Assembly: GCA_036845145.1 (NCBI GenBank)
Contig: DAIUEL010000002.1
Span: forward strand, 1-48,212
Origin: Rhodanobacteraceae bacterium
Lineage (GTDB): Bacteria; Pseudomonadota; Gammaproteobacteria; Xanthomonadales; Rhodanobacteraceae
Direction: 5' to 3'
DNA length: 48,212 nucleotides
Each line of letters begins with the position of its first letter. The first letter of the stretch is position 1. Positions 16,882 to 25,744 of this stretch are shown piece by piece. The notes beneath the pieces are model-generated. The model ran no database searches and had not been told where the DNA came from. It saw only the letters and a list, made by a program, of their open reading frames with translations. The translations under genes and the position numbers were made by a program.

Positions 16882-17883
16882 TCATGCGGACGCAATGACC
16901 CAGCCGAACAGCGCGCCGTCGGACCGCACCAGGGGTTCCAGTGTGAATTTCGTGCCCCAGGCTCGTTCGGCCGATGCCGTGAGTGCTTCGGCGGATGGCG
17001 TGTCCAGCGCGGCGCGACACATCGCCGACAGACGCGCATGGTGCGCCTTGATCGCCGTGGCAGTCTCGTCGATCTTGTCGAGGACCGGGGCTGGCCCGAG
17101 TTGGGGCAGGTGCTGGATCGCATGCACGAGCACGCTGCCCACGTTGCGATACATGCGAAGATCCCCGGTGGTGGCCTCGCCATCACGCAGCGACTGCAGC
17201 GCAACCAGAAACTTGTCTCGGGCTTCGACGCTGCCGGCCGCAAGCGGGCCCGCGGCAGCCGTCCGGACCAACGCCTCCGCCGTTTCGAATATGCCGGTTT
17301 GCACCAGTCGCTGCACGTCGGCGAGTTGCGCGCGCGCACCTTGCACGACGATGCTGTTCGATGCGTGGGTGACGAATCGCAGTCTCGCATGGGGATGGCT
17401 GACGCGACGCAGTTCGGCCAACGTGCGATCGAGTGCGGTGTATTCGATGGCGTACTGGCCGACGATGAAATCGAACGAATCGTCGGGGAACGGCAGGTGC
17501 TCCGCCGGGGTGCGGGGTAAAAAACGGATCATGTCTGCACCGGCGCCCATCCCCATCGGGTGCAGCTCCGCTGCATCCACGGCGTCGATGGTTACCCGCA
17601 CGTTGCGGGCGCTTGCGACCTCGGCAGCCAACCGCGCAACCGCGCCGTTGCCGGTGCAGATGTCGAGGACGCGGGCGCCGTTGGCCATGCTGCCGAAAAA
17701 TCGTCGCCAGCCTTCGGCGATGGCCGGTTGGTAATTGGCACCGGCTTCACCGCCGCACGAGGCGAGGCGGCCGTCGCGCCAGTATTGGTCCCAGGCAAAG
17801 GTCGAATCAGGAAGGGGAGAATGGTTCAACGTTCGATTCCATTGGCGGGTGTTGAGGACAAGGGGAAACGGGAGAAACAACAA
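16882..17883 (-). CDS. class I SAM-dependent methyltransferase with C-terminal extension
   Basis: Motif I is VLDICTGNGAVARLAAE and the post-I acidic residue is in IDAVDAA. The TTG start at 17883 is uncertain. Confidence 0.8.
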   Translation of the reverse strand: MLFLPFPLVLNTRQWNRTLNHSPLPDSTFAWDQYWRDGRLASCGGEAGANYQPAIAEGWRRFFGSMANGARVLDICTGNGAVARLAAEVASARNVRVTIDAVDAAELHPMGMGAGADMIRFLPRTPAEHLPFPDDSFDFIVGQYAIEYTALDRTLAELRRVSHPHARLRFVTHASNSIVVQGARAQLADVQRLVQTGIFETAEALVRTAAAGPLAAGSVEARDKFLVALQSLRDGEATTGDLRMYRNVGSVLVHAIQHLPQLGPAPVLDKIDETATAIKAHHARLSAMCRAALDTPSAEALTASAERAWGTKFTLEPLVRSDGALFGWVIASA

Positions 17884-18125
17884 GGATATTGGATGACGTG
17901 CCGAGCCACGCCAAGTTGACCGCGAACGAGCTGGGTCGTGCGCCGGTGAACGCGCTGGGCGCGCACTGCGTTTCGGTGCCGGAAGTGCCTCTTACTCCAT
18001 GAATTTCCTATGGAGTTTGGTTCGGCCGATGGACGAGCAAGCGCCGCCGACACCCATTGCAACCCGTGTTGTTTGGCCGGAGAATGTCGGCAAACGCCAA
18101 CCCGTTGTCTCGCGGGAGAAGGTCA

Positions 18126-19955
18126 ATGGACACTTTGCGGCGTATATCGGATCGCGCGCGTGCGAGAGGTTTCGCGACGTGGTCTTTCGCGGGCTTGGTC
18201 CTGGTCTTGGGACTGGCCGTGATCACTGCAGGCTGTGGCAGCGACAATACCGCAGCGAACACCACCGATCCGCACTGGGTGCAGCAGGCCCGTCCCCACA
18301 ACAAGGTGGCCGTGGTTTTCGTCCACGGGCTTTTCGGCGACACGGACGGCACCTGGACGAACGCCAACGGGCAGAGTTTCTTCAAGCTGCTCAAGACCGC
18401 CCCCGGCATGGGCAACCAGCTCGACGTGTTCGCGTTCGGCTTCACGTCGCACGCGTTCAAGGGTGGTTCGCTCGACATACGCGAGGCCGCGAACATGCTG
18501 GAGCAATCGCTCCAGTACAACGGCGTGTGGGATTACCCGACCGTGGTGTTCGTCGCGCACAGCATGGGCGGGTTGATCGTGATGCGCGAAATGGTCGATA
18601 GCCCGGCGCACCGGGAAAACGTGCCACTGATGATGTTCTATGCGGTGCCGCAGGAGGGTTCGCAGATTACCGCCATCGCCCAGCATGTCGTGAGGAATCC
18701 GGCCGTCAAGCAGATGCTGCTGGCCGACCAGAATGATTTCCTGAAGCTGCTCAACGACGATTGGGGCAGGGTGCCGGACCAGGACAAGCCGACGATCATT
18801 TGTGCCTACGAGACGGCGCCGCTGGACGGCGTGAAGATCGTACCGTGGTCCAGCGCCACGCGTTTCTGCCATGGCGTGCCTGTCGCCATCGAAGGCACCG
18901 ATCACTCCACGATCGTCAAACCCGATCGCCCGACGCACCCGTCTGTAGTCGTGTTGGTCAATGCGCTCAATCAATACGTGTTCGGCAAGCCCAACAGTCC
19001 GCTGTTGTCGACGCCGGACTTCACGCTCGAAGGCGATCATTGGACCTACGAGTTGACCGATCCGGACGGCAGGAATTTCGCGCGGCTGGTCAACGATGGC
19101 GACCGCAAGCTTGACTACACCATCAAGGCAATCTCCGATCCGAAGCTCATGGTGCTGCCGGATGACACCCCGAAGGACATCCCGGCGAAGCACGCCGACC
19201 AGCTGCAGCTTGTGCTGCTGCACGGAACCCTGAAGCCGGAATATCGGTTCACGCTCAGCGCGCCGCCATTGGACGACCGCGTGGTCGTGGTTCGCGTGAA
19301 GGACTTGGCCGCGGTGCAAGCCAGACAGGATGCCGTGACCCGCGATTTGACGGTGCAGATTGGAAGTTACCTTTCGCCGGACAACGTGGCTCAACTCAAG
19401 GGCATGACCGAGGAACAGCAGTACGCGAAAATCGCCGAGGTGGCCGGCGATTCGATTGCGAAGTCGGCGCCCGATCTCCCCGCTGCCGCGCGTTGGGTGG
19501 TCACGGCGGACACACTTTCCTCACTCGGGCTATTGGCGCCCGCCAACCGGGCATTGCTCAACGCAAGGCAGGCTTCCCCACGGATCGCCGCGACGGCAAG
19601 CGCGCAACTGGTCGCCAGTGTCATCTCGGCCAAGTCGGGCAAGTCCAGCGTGCTGCAAAACGTCCCGGGTACACCATCGGACGATGCGCACAGGCAAATG
19701 ATCGCGTCGGCCCATGTGGTACCCGGACAGCTCGACGCAAGTGACCTGCATGCGTGGTCGGATCTTTCGGCGAAGCTGCAGGAGGTGCCGTCGCTGAAAG
19801 CCTACGGCTACGCCATGCAGGGCGACGTGGCGTGGGTGAAAGGCGACACCGAGACAGCCAGCAAAGCCTATCAGACCGCCAGCGCCATCCAGTCTTCGCC
19901 CGTCACCCGGAAGAAAATCGAGGCGATGAAAGTGGCCAAGCCGTCGGGCCATTAG
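18126..19955 (+). CDS. alpha/beta-hydrolase lipoprotein (lipase/esterase-like) with a ~330-aa C-terminal region of unknown function
   Basis: GAGAAGG precedes the ATG. Lipobox ITAGC. Oxyanion-type VFVHGLFG and nucleophile elbow VAHSMGG. The C-terminal half has no motif I recognise; the extreme end looks TPR-like (AYGYAMQGDVAWVKGDTETASKAYQTA). Confidence 0.78.
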   Translation: MDTLRRISDRARARGFATWSFAGLVLVLGLAVITAGCGSDNTAANTTDPHWVQQARPHNKVAVVFVHGLFGDTDGTWTNANGQSFFKLLKTAPGMGNQLDVFAFGFTSHAFKGGSLDIREAANMLEQSLQYNGVWDYPTVVFVAHSMGGLIVMREMVDSPAHRENVPLMMFYAVPQEGSQITAIAQHVVRNPAVKQMLLADQNDFLKLLNDDWGRVPDQDKPTIICAYETAPLDGVKIVPWSSATRFCHGVPVAIEGTDHSTIVKPDRPTHPSVVVLVNALNQYVFGKPNSPLLSTPDFTLEGDHWTYELTDPDGRNFARLVNDGDRKLDYTIKAISDPKLMVLPDDTPKDIPAKHADQLQLVLLHGTLKPEYRFTLSAPPLDDRVVVVRVKDLAAVQARQDAVTRDLTVQIGSYLSPDNVAQLKGMTEEQQYAKIAEVAGDSIAKSAPDLPAAARWVVTADTLSSLGLLAPANRALLNARQASPRIAATASAQLVASVISAKSGKSSVLQNVPGTPSDDAHRQMIASAHVVPGQLDASDLHAWSDLSAKLQEVPSLKAYGYAMQGDVAWVKGDTETASKAYQTASAIQSSPVTRKKIEAMKVAKPSGH

Positions 19956-19965
19956 GTCGTCTGAA

Positions 19966-20155
19966 TCACGTCAACCTGGGTACCCATCGCGCAAGCCACC
20001 AGCGGGTCGATGACCGCTCCGTGGCGACGCTGGCGCAGCAGTCGTTCCAAAGCGCGCAATAAACCGGAGAGCGCCGCATCGCATCAATGGAACCCGGGGC
20101 GGACGAGAACGCCGCGCAGATTCCACGCCGCGATTGCGTCACGTGTCAGTGGTCC
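19966..20155 (-). pseudogene. frameshifted N-terminal remnant of a second PhyH-family gene
   Basis: TRDAIAAWNLRGVLVRPGF then, in another frame, IDAM..YCALWN. The intact neighbour reads TNDAIAEWNARGVLVLPKFYAGAEIDAVLADYRALWN. Confidence 0.4.
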
Positions 20156-20421
20156 GCCCAGTCCTGGTGCTGCATGGGCGCGCCCGAGTTGCCATCGGGC
20201 GCAAGACGCGGGCGGCTTACCGGTGAACGACTTGGAACGTGCTGGCAGGAAGCGGCGCGCCGGGTGCGGGCGCTGCGGAAGCAGATACCATTGCATCGCC
20301 CGTACAGCGCCATCGCGGCAAGCTTGCGAACGGACATTTCGGCCATCCCCTTGGCTCCCGCGCCAAGCATACCCAGACATCGCTGCGTGGCACCGTCCGC
20401 TTGTCCGGTTGAAGATCGCTT

Positions 20422-21300
20422 CTAGCCGCGCGCGAAAAGTCCGCGCACGCGGCGTGCCAATTTTCCGGCGCGATGGCGCATCCGCGCATTGACGCTGCCG
20501 GGGATCGGCTGGTGCGAGCGCCGTATCCAGAACCCGCCCGACCCGGGCACCAATCGATGTCCCATCGCGCGGCAATCGGATTCCGAGAAGTAATGGAACA
20601 CGACGCTGCGGCGCGTGCGGCCGCGTTCGGCGATGGGACTGCCGCCGTGGAGCAGTTGCGCATTCCAGACGAATACGTCTCCCTTGCGGGCCTGGAACAA
20701 TTCGCTTTGCAATCCGTGCTGCTGGACCTGCGCACGCATCCAGCCTTGCCACGCGCCCAGTTCCTCGGGAAGGAAATGGCGCTGGCCATTGGAGAAAACG
20801 TAAGGCTCGATCCGATGGCTGCCGGGCCAGTAGCGCAGCAGGCCCGACTCCGGCGAGCAATCCTCCAGCGCCACCCACACCGCGACGAGGTGGGCGGGTG
20901 TGCGCGGAGTCATGAACAACGAGTCGACGTGGTCTTCCTGCTCGGTGCCGTATTCGAGACTGAGCGAATTGCATACCGCGGGCCGCTCGCCGAGCAGTCG
21001 CTGCAGCAACGGCACCAGCCGGTCGTTGAGCGCGAGTCGGCGGACGGAAGCCTGTTCCAGGTAAAGGTCGTTGACCTTGAAGCGATGCGACGCGCGCGCG
21101 TCCGCAGGTACGTCGCGCAAGCGCATGCGCCGGTCGAGATCCATGTCATCCACGGTGACGCGGGCGCGCCCTTCATTCCATAGCGCGCGATAGTCGGCCA
21201 GCACCGCATCGATTTCCGCACCAGCGTAGAACTTCGGCAGCACGAGGACGCCGCGCGCGTTCCACTCGGCGATCGCGTCGTTCGTTTGCTGTCCGTCCAT
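20422..21300 (-). CDS. phytanoyl-CoA dioxygenase (PhyH) family Fe(II)/2-oxoglutarate oxygenase
   Basis: HVDS (H-x-D facial triad), WVALEDCSPESGLLRYWPGSH, NAQLLHGGSP. Start taken at MDGQQTN (21300). Confidence 0.85.
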   Translation of the reverse strand: MDGQQTNDAIAEWNARGVLVLPKFYAGAEIDAVLADYRALWNEGRARVTVDDMDLDRRMRLRDVPADARASHRFKVNDLYLEQASVRRLALNDRLVPLLQRLLGERPAVCNSLSLEYGTEQEDHVDSLFMTPRTPAHLVAVWVALEDCSPESGLLRYWPGSHRIEPYVFSNGQRHFLPEELGAWQGWMRAQVQQHGLQSELFQARKGDVFVWNAQLLHGGSPIAERGRTRRSVVFHYFSESDCRAMGHRLVPGSGGFWIRRSHQPIPGSVNARMRHRAGKLARRVRGLFARG

Positions 21301-21368
21301 GCTTTCACCCCGTGATCGCCGACGTTGAATGCAACCGGGAGGAAAAATAGCAGACGGCGCGGCATGAT

Positions 21369-21443
21369 GTAGGGCGGGTGCCAACCCGCCTCGGTGGACT
21401 GCTGCCATGATGGCGGGATCCGCTGCGCTCCTCCCGCCCTACG
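21369..21443. repeat. REP-like palindromic element
   Basis: GTAGGGCGGGtgccaaCCCGCC ...spacer... GGCGGGAtccgctgcgctccTCCCGCCCTAC. The termini are inverted repeats and each half can form a hairpin. Confidence 0.65.
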
Positions 21444-21457
21444 CTGGTTGCGGTGTC

Positions 21458-22465
21458 TCAGCCTACGCCACGTATTTCGCATCGCCCCAGCCGATCGCGA
21501 TCGTGTGGTGCATCGAACGCAAGGATCGGACCGATCGAAATCACGCCGTGCGGATTGATGGTCTTGTGGCTGCGGAAGTAGTGATGACGGATATGGTCCA
21601 TCCACACGGTGCCGGCGACGCCCGGCATCTGATAGATGTCGCGCAGCAGGCCTTCGAGATTGGGATAGTCGTTGATCCGCTTGCGGTCGCATTTGAAATG
21701 CGTGGCGTACACCGCGTCGAAACGCACCAGCGTGGTCCACAGGCGCAGGTCTGCTTCGGTGAGCGTGCCGCCGATCAGATAGCGGTGTTCACCGAGGCGC
21801 CGTTCGAGTGATTCCAGGGTTTCGAACAGCGCGGCGACCGCCTCGTCATAGGCTTGCTGGCTGGTCGCGAAGCCGGCCCTGTACACGCCGTTGTTGACGT
21901 TGTCGTACACGGTCGCATTCATGGCGTCGATGTCCGGACGCAAATCATCGGGGCAGTAATCGCCCGGGCGCGCGCCGATGCCGTCGAACGCCGCCCCGAG
22001 CATGCGGATGATTTCGGACGATTCGTTGTTGACGATGGTTTCGCGCTGTTTGTCCCACAGCGTCGGCACGGTGACCCGGCCGCTGTAGTGCGGGTCGGCC
22101 TTGAGATAAAGCTGGTACAGCTTGTCGAATCCGTACAGCCGATCACCGGTCGCGCCTTCGAAATCGGTGCGGAATTCCCAGCCGTTCTCCAGCATCAATG
22201 GATGCACCACGGAAACGTCGATCTTTTTTTCCAGGCCCTTCCAGGCCCGCATCACCAGGGTGCGGTGCGCCCACGGACAGGCGTAGGAGACATACAAGTG
22301 ATAGCGGCCGCTTTCGGCCTTGAAACCGCCTTGCCCGGACGGACCGGCGCTGCCGTCGGGCGTGACCCAGTTGCGGAACTGGCTGGCCGAGCGCTCGAAG
22401 CGTCCGCCGGTGCTTGCGGTGTCGTACCACCGGTCTTGCCACTTGCCGTCTACCAACAATCCCAT
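21458..22465 (-). CDS. yqjG: glutathionyl-hydroquinone reductase (Xi-class GST)
   Basis: MGLLVDGKWQDRWYDT..GGRFERSASQFRNW parallels the E. coli YqjG N-terminus. The CPWAHR active-site motif is present. AAGGA lies 9 nt before the ATG at 22465. Confidence 0.9.
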   Translation of the reverse strand: MGLLVDGKWQDRWYDTASTGGRFERSASQFRNWVTPDGSAGPSGQGGFKAESGRYHLYVSYACPWAHRTLVMRAWKGLEKKIDVSVVHPLMLENGWEFRTDFEGATGDRLYGFDKLYQLYLKADPHYSGRVTVPTLWDKQRETIVNNESSEIIRMLGAAFDGIGARPGDYCPDDLRPDIDAMNATVYDNVNNGVYRAGFATSQQAYDEAVAALFETLESLERRLGEHRYLIGGTLTEADLRLWTTLVRFDAVYATHFKCDRKRINDYPNLEGLLRDIYQMPGVAGTVWMDHIRHHYFRSHKTINPHGVISIGPILAFDAPHDRDRLGRCEIRGVG

Positions 22466-22563
22466 GGTCGTCATTCCTTTTGCGTGATGAAACTCCAGGC
22501 TGAAGCGACATTGAAGCACGCCGGTGCTCGCGATGCATGCCGCCGCCGGCGTACAGTGGCGGC

Positions 22564-23544
22564 ATGCGCGATCAGGATGACATGACGCTGGATGGGCGAG
22601 GGCGCCCTCACGCCGCGCGCCTGCGCTTGCCCGGCATGAAGCTGCTGCCGGCGGTCGCGCGGGAGCATCTGCGGCGGCAGGTGCTTGCGGTATTGAGCCG
22701 GGATGCGCCGGCGCCGGATTACGACGCGCCGCTGGGGGACCCCGGCTTGTTCGGGCCGGACAGCGTGACGTGGAAGGTCCACGCGGACTTCCCGTCGATG
22801 ATGGCGGGCGGTCTGGCGTCCTTGATGCTGCAGGCGCTGCATCCGCTGGCGCTGGCGGGCGTGTGGGACCATTCCGCGTTTCGCACCGACACGCTCGGCC
22901 GCCTGCGCAACACCACCGCGTTCGTCGGACGCACGACCTACGCGCCGCGCGCGCCAGCCGAAGCGGCCATCGAACATGTGCGCGTGATCCATCGCAGCGT
23001 GCACGGCACGGCGGAAGATGGGCGACCCTACAGCGCGGACGATCCGCACCTGCTCGTCTGGGTGCATGGCGCCGGGTGCTGGTGTTTCCTGCGCGCCTAC
23101 GAGCGTTATTGCCAACCCATTCCGCCCGCGATGCAGGATCGCTATCTCGCCGAAATGGTGCGCATCGCCGAAGCGCTGGGCGCGCGCGACGTTCCCGAAT
23201 CGACGTCGGAGCTGGATGCTTTTTTCTCGCGCGTGCGGCCCGAGCTGGTGTTCGATGCGCGCACCCGCGAGACGCTGCGGGTGCTGGGATCCATTCGATT
23301 GCCGATTCCCTTCGCCGGGTTCAGCCGCGATCTGTTCCTCGGCTCCGCGGCCGCGCTGCTGCCCGGCTGGGCGCTCGATTTGATGGAGCGACCGGGCCTG
23401 CAGCGATGGCGCGATCGCGGTGCCGCGCACGCGTTGCAGCTGATTGCGCCCAGCGTGCGCGACGCGATGGCCGAAGGCGGGTTGGCATGGCGCGCCTGCC
23501 GGCGCACCGGCACGGATTACGCGGCGTTGTACAAGTGGGTGTAG
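22564..23544 (+). CDS. MpaB/DUF2236-family oxygenase-like protein
   Basis: GLFGPDSVTWKVHAD, MLQALHPLA, LGRLRNTTAFV and DPHLLVWVH resemble the DUF2236 family. Assignment is from memory. Confidence 0.75.
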   Translation: MRDQDDMTLDGRGRPHAARLRLPGMKLLPAVAREHLRRQVLAVLSRDAPAPDYDAPLGDPGLFGPDSVTWKVHADFPSMMAGGLASLMLQALHPLALAGVWDHSAFRTDTLGRLRNTTAFVGRTTYAPRAPAEAAIEHVRVIHRSVHGTAEDGRPYSADDPHLLVWVHGAGCWCFLRAYERYCQPIPPAMQDRYLAEMVRIAEALGARDVPESTSELDAFFSRVRPELVFDARTRETLRVLGSIRLPIPFAGFSRDLFLGSAAALLPGWALDLMERPGLQRWRDRGAAHALQLIAPSVRDAMAEGGLAWRACRRTGTDYAALYKWV

Positions 23545-23626
23545 GGCGGATTTCAAACCGCCATCCGCGTTTGGAGGGGAGCGCAAACGGCGGGATTCGC
23601 CGCTATGCGGCTGCTCCCGCCCTACG
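23541..23626. repeat. REP-like palindromic element
   Basis: GTAGGGCGGAtttcaaACCGCC ... GGCGGGATTCGCCGCTATGCGGCTGCTCCCGCCCTACG. Confidence 0.65.
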
Positions 23627-23659
23627 GCTTTATTGAAACCTTGTGGGGCAGTAAGAGTG

Positions 23660-23729
23660 CACCGCATCCCGCCATTGCATGTTTCAATCATGGCGGGATT
23701 CACCGCTGCGCGGCTACTCACGCCCTACA
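23660..23729. repeat. REP-like element, degenerate left arm
   Basis: gcATCCCGCCattgcatgtttcaatcatGGCGGGATTCACCGCTGCGCGGCTACTCACGCCCTACA. Confidence 0.55.
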
Positions 23730-23774
23730 GGACTCCGCCCTGCGACATGCGGACGAGGCCGCACTTTCCGTGGA

Positions 23775-24332
23775 TCAAGCGCCCCGGCCTTTCCCTTCCT
23801 CGGAGGCCTTCTTCAAATCGGAATCGGAGAGCACCCGCATGTCGGGATCGGTCGTGTCGGTGCCCGGCGCGAAGTGAAGGCGTTCCATGTATGGCGTCGG
23901 TTTCCTGCGCCGGTAGTCGGCGAACTCTTTCGCGTAATAGGCGCGCGCCTCGTCCACGCTCTTGCTGCCGCACACGATGTCGTGCATGAGGTTCAACGCG
24001 AGGAAATTCGCCTGCTCGTCGTGGCATCGCGCCGACACTTCGCCGGCGGTGCGTTCGACGATCACGCTGCCATCGAATGCAGCGAGGTCTGAAACCTTTT
24101 TCGGCGGCACCTGGTAGTTGATGACCGATTCGACGGAGTCGTGGTGCGGGGCCGGGAAGTTGTGCTGGAAGAAAGTCTTCTGCGCGATGATCCGCTTCCA
24201 CGGACCCGCCTTGTACCGGGTCAGCCGGCTCTCGCTGGCTTCCTGTGGCTCGCCGTATTGGTCGAGCACCAGTTGCGCCGCTTCCTTTGATTCCGAAGGC
24301 CAACCCCGAACGAACTCCGATCCCGTCGTCAT
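23775..24332 (-). CDS. hypothetical protein (185 aa)
   Basis: AAGGAG lies 7 nt before the ATG at 24332. Composition is protein-like and codon bias is good. No motif recognised. Confidence 0.6.
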   Translation of the reverse strand: MTTGSEFVRGWPSESKEAAQLVLDQYGEPQEASESRLTRYKAGPWKRIIAQKTFFQHNFPAPHHDSVESVINYQVPPKKVSDLAAFDGSVIVERTAGEVSARCHDEQANFLALNLMHDIVCGSKSVDEARAYYAKEFADYRRRKPTPYMERLHFAPGTDTTDPDMRVLSDSDLKKASEEGKGRGA

Positions 24333-24450
24333 CGTCACTCTCCTTGTTCGCGTTGCATCAGTCCTTTTTCCGATGATAGACGGATCGCCGCGCGGAACCG
24401 TCAACGGGAAAATGGCGGTTTACTCGGGATTTATTGCATGAGGCGCCAGC

Positions 24451-24535
24451 GTGGCGGGTTGCAAGCGGCCGGCAACGTTTGAAGACGCGGCATCGACGGC
24501 GGGATTTGCCGCCTCGCGGCTACTCCCGCCCCAGC
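24451..24535. repeat. REP-like element, degenerate
   Basis: GTGGCGGGTTGCAAGCGGCC ... GGCGGGATTTGCCGCCTCGCGGCTACTCCCGCCCCAG. Confidence 0.5.
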
Positions 24536-24559
24536 CACTTCGATGCGTCGCGGTTGCCG

Positions 24560-25744
24560 CTAACCGTGCTCGCGCAGCCATGCCCGCGCCGCATCGCCGG
24601 GCATGGGACGTGCGAAGTAATAACCCTGGCCCTGGTCGCACTGGAGTTCGGCCAGCGTGCGCGCCTGTGCTTCGGTCTCGACGCCTTCGGCCACGGTCGA
24701 GAGCTGCAGTTGCTTGCCAAGCCCCACGGTGGTGGCGACGATCTTGCGCGCCTCATCGGAAGTATGCAGGCCCCACACGAACGACCTGTCGATTTTGATT
24801 TCCGAAAACGGCAATTGCGCCAGTTGTACCAGCGAGGAATAGCCGGTGCCGAAGTCGTCGATGCTGAGCTGGAATCCCTTCAGTCGAACCCGCGTGAGGA
24901 TGTCGAGCAATTCGGCGGTGCGCTGCGGCGCCGTGGTTTCCGTCAGCTCGAGGATGATGCGCGCCGGATCCACGTCGAACCGAATGCACCGCTCATGCAG
25001 CAGGTCGGTGAAACTCACATCGGTGAGGCTGGCGGCGGAAATGTTGATCGCGAGTTGCGGCGCGCTGCCATCGGCGATGCCGGCGAGCCACGCGAGGCCG
25101 GCTTCGATGACGCAGATGGTCAGCAGGTTCATGTTGCCGGATTGCTCGATCAACGGCAGGAACCGGTCGGGCGGAAGCAGCCCGAATTTCGGGTGCTGCC
25201 AGCGCACCAGGGCCTCCACGCCGGCGGGACGGCCGCTGGCGAGATTCACCTTCGGCTGGTAGTGCAGGACGAACTGGTCGTCCCGCAGCGCGGACTCGAT
25301 GTCGCCCAGCAATTTTTCATGATCTGCGGTCGTGATCGGTTCGGGATGCGCCCGGTGTTGCGCATGCGCATCCAGCAAGGCACGCAGTTCCGCGGGTTTG
25401 AATGGTTTCGGCAGGGTGCCGATGATGTGCAGGCCGCGTTCGATGCCGACCCGCTGCGCCGACTCCAGCACCTTGCTGCCCATGCCGCTCATCATGATGA
25501 TGCTGGCGCCACATCCACCCGCCGCGAGATTGCGCAGCACCTCCACGCCGTCCATGCCGGGCATCAGCAGGTCGATGATGATGTGGCTGGGTTCGAAGCC
25601 TGCGACATCGTCGAAGAAGGCCTCGGGCGATTCCGACATCCGCACGGCGAAACCATGCCGCTTGGCGGCGAAGGCCACGGTCTGCGCCACCGCCGGTTCG
25701 TCATCGAGGATCAGCAGCCGCCGCGATTTGTCGTGTTCCGTCAT
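24560..25744 (-). CDS. response regulator with EAL (c-di-GMP phosphodiesterase) output domain
   Basis: REC motifs: LILDDEP, IIDLLMPGMDG, KPF. EAL motifs: VEALVRW, ELTET, DDFGTGYSS, KIDRSFV, EGVET, QGYYFARP. Confidence 0.92.
   Translation of the reverse strand: MTEHDKSRRLLILDDEPAVAQTVAFAAKRHGFAVRMSESPEAFFDDVAGFEPSHIIIDLLMPGMDGVEVLRNLAAGGCGASIIMMSGMGSKVLESAQRVGIERGLHIIGTLPKPFKPAELRALLDAHAQHRAHPEPITTADHEKLLGDIESALRDDQFVLHYQPKVNLASGRPAGVEALVRWQHPKFGLLPPDRFLPLIEQSGNMNLLTICVIEAGLAWLAGIADGSAPQLAINISAASLTDVSFTDLLHERCIRFDVDPARIILELTETTAPQRTAELLDILTRVRLKGFQLSIDDFGTGYSSLVQLAQLPFSEIKIDRSFVWGLHTSDEARKIVATTVGLGKQLQLSTVAEGVETEAQARTLAELQCDQGQGYYFARPMPGDAARAWLREHG

Noticed and set aside
18123-19394. 423-aa minus-strand ORF
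   Set aside because: Antisense to the alpha/beta-hydrolase lipoprotein gene.
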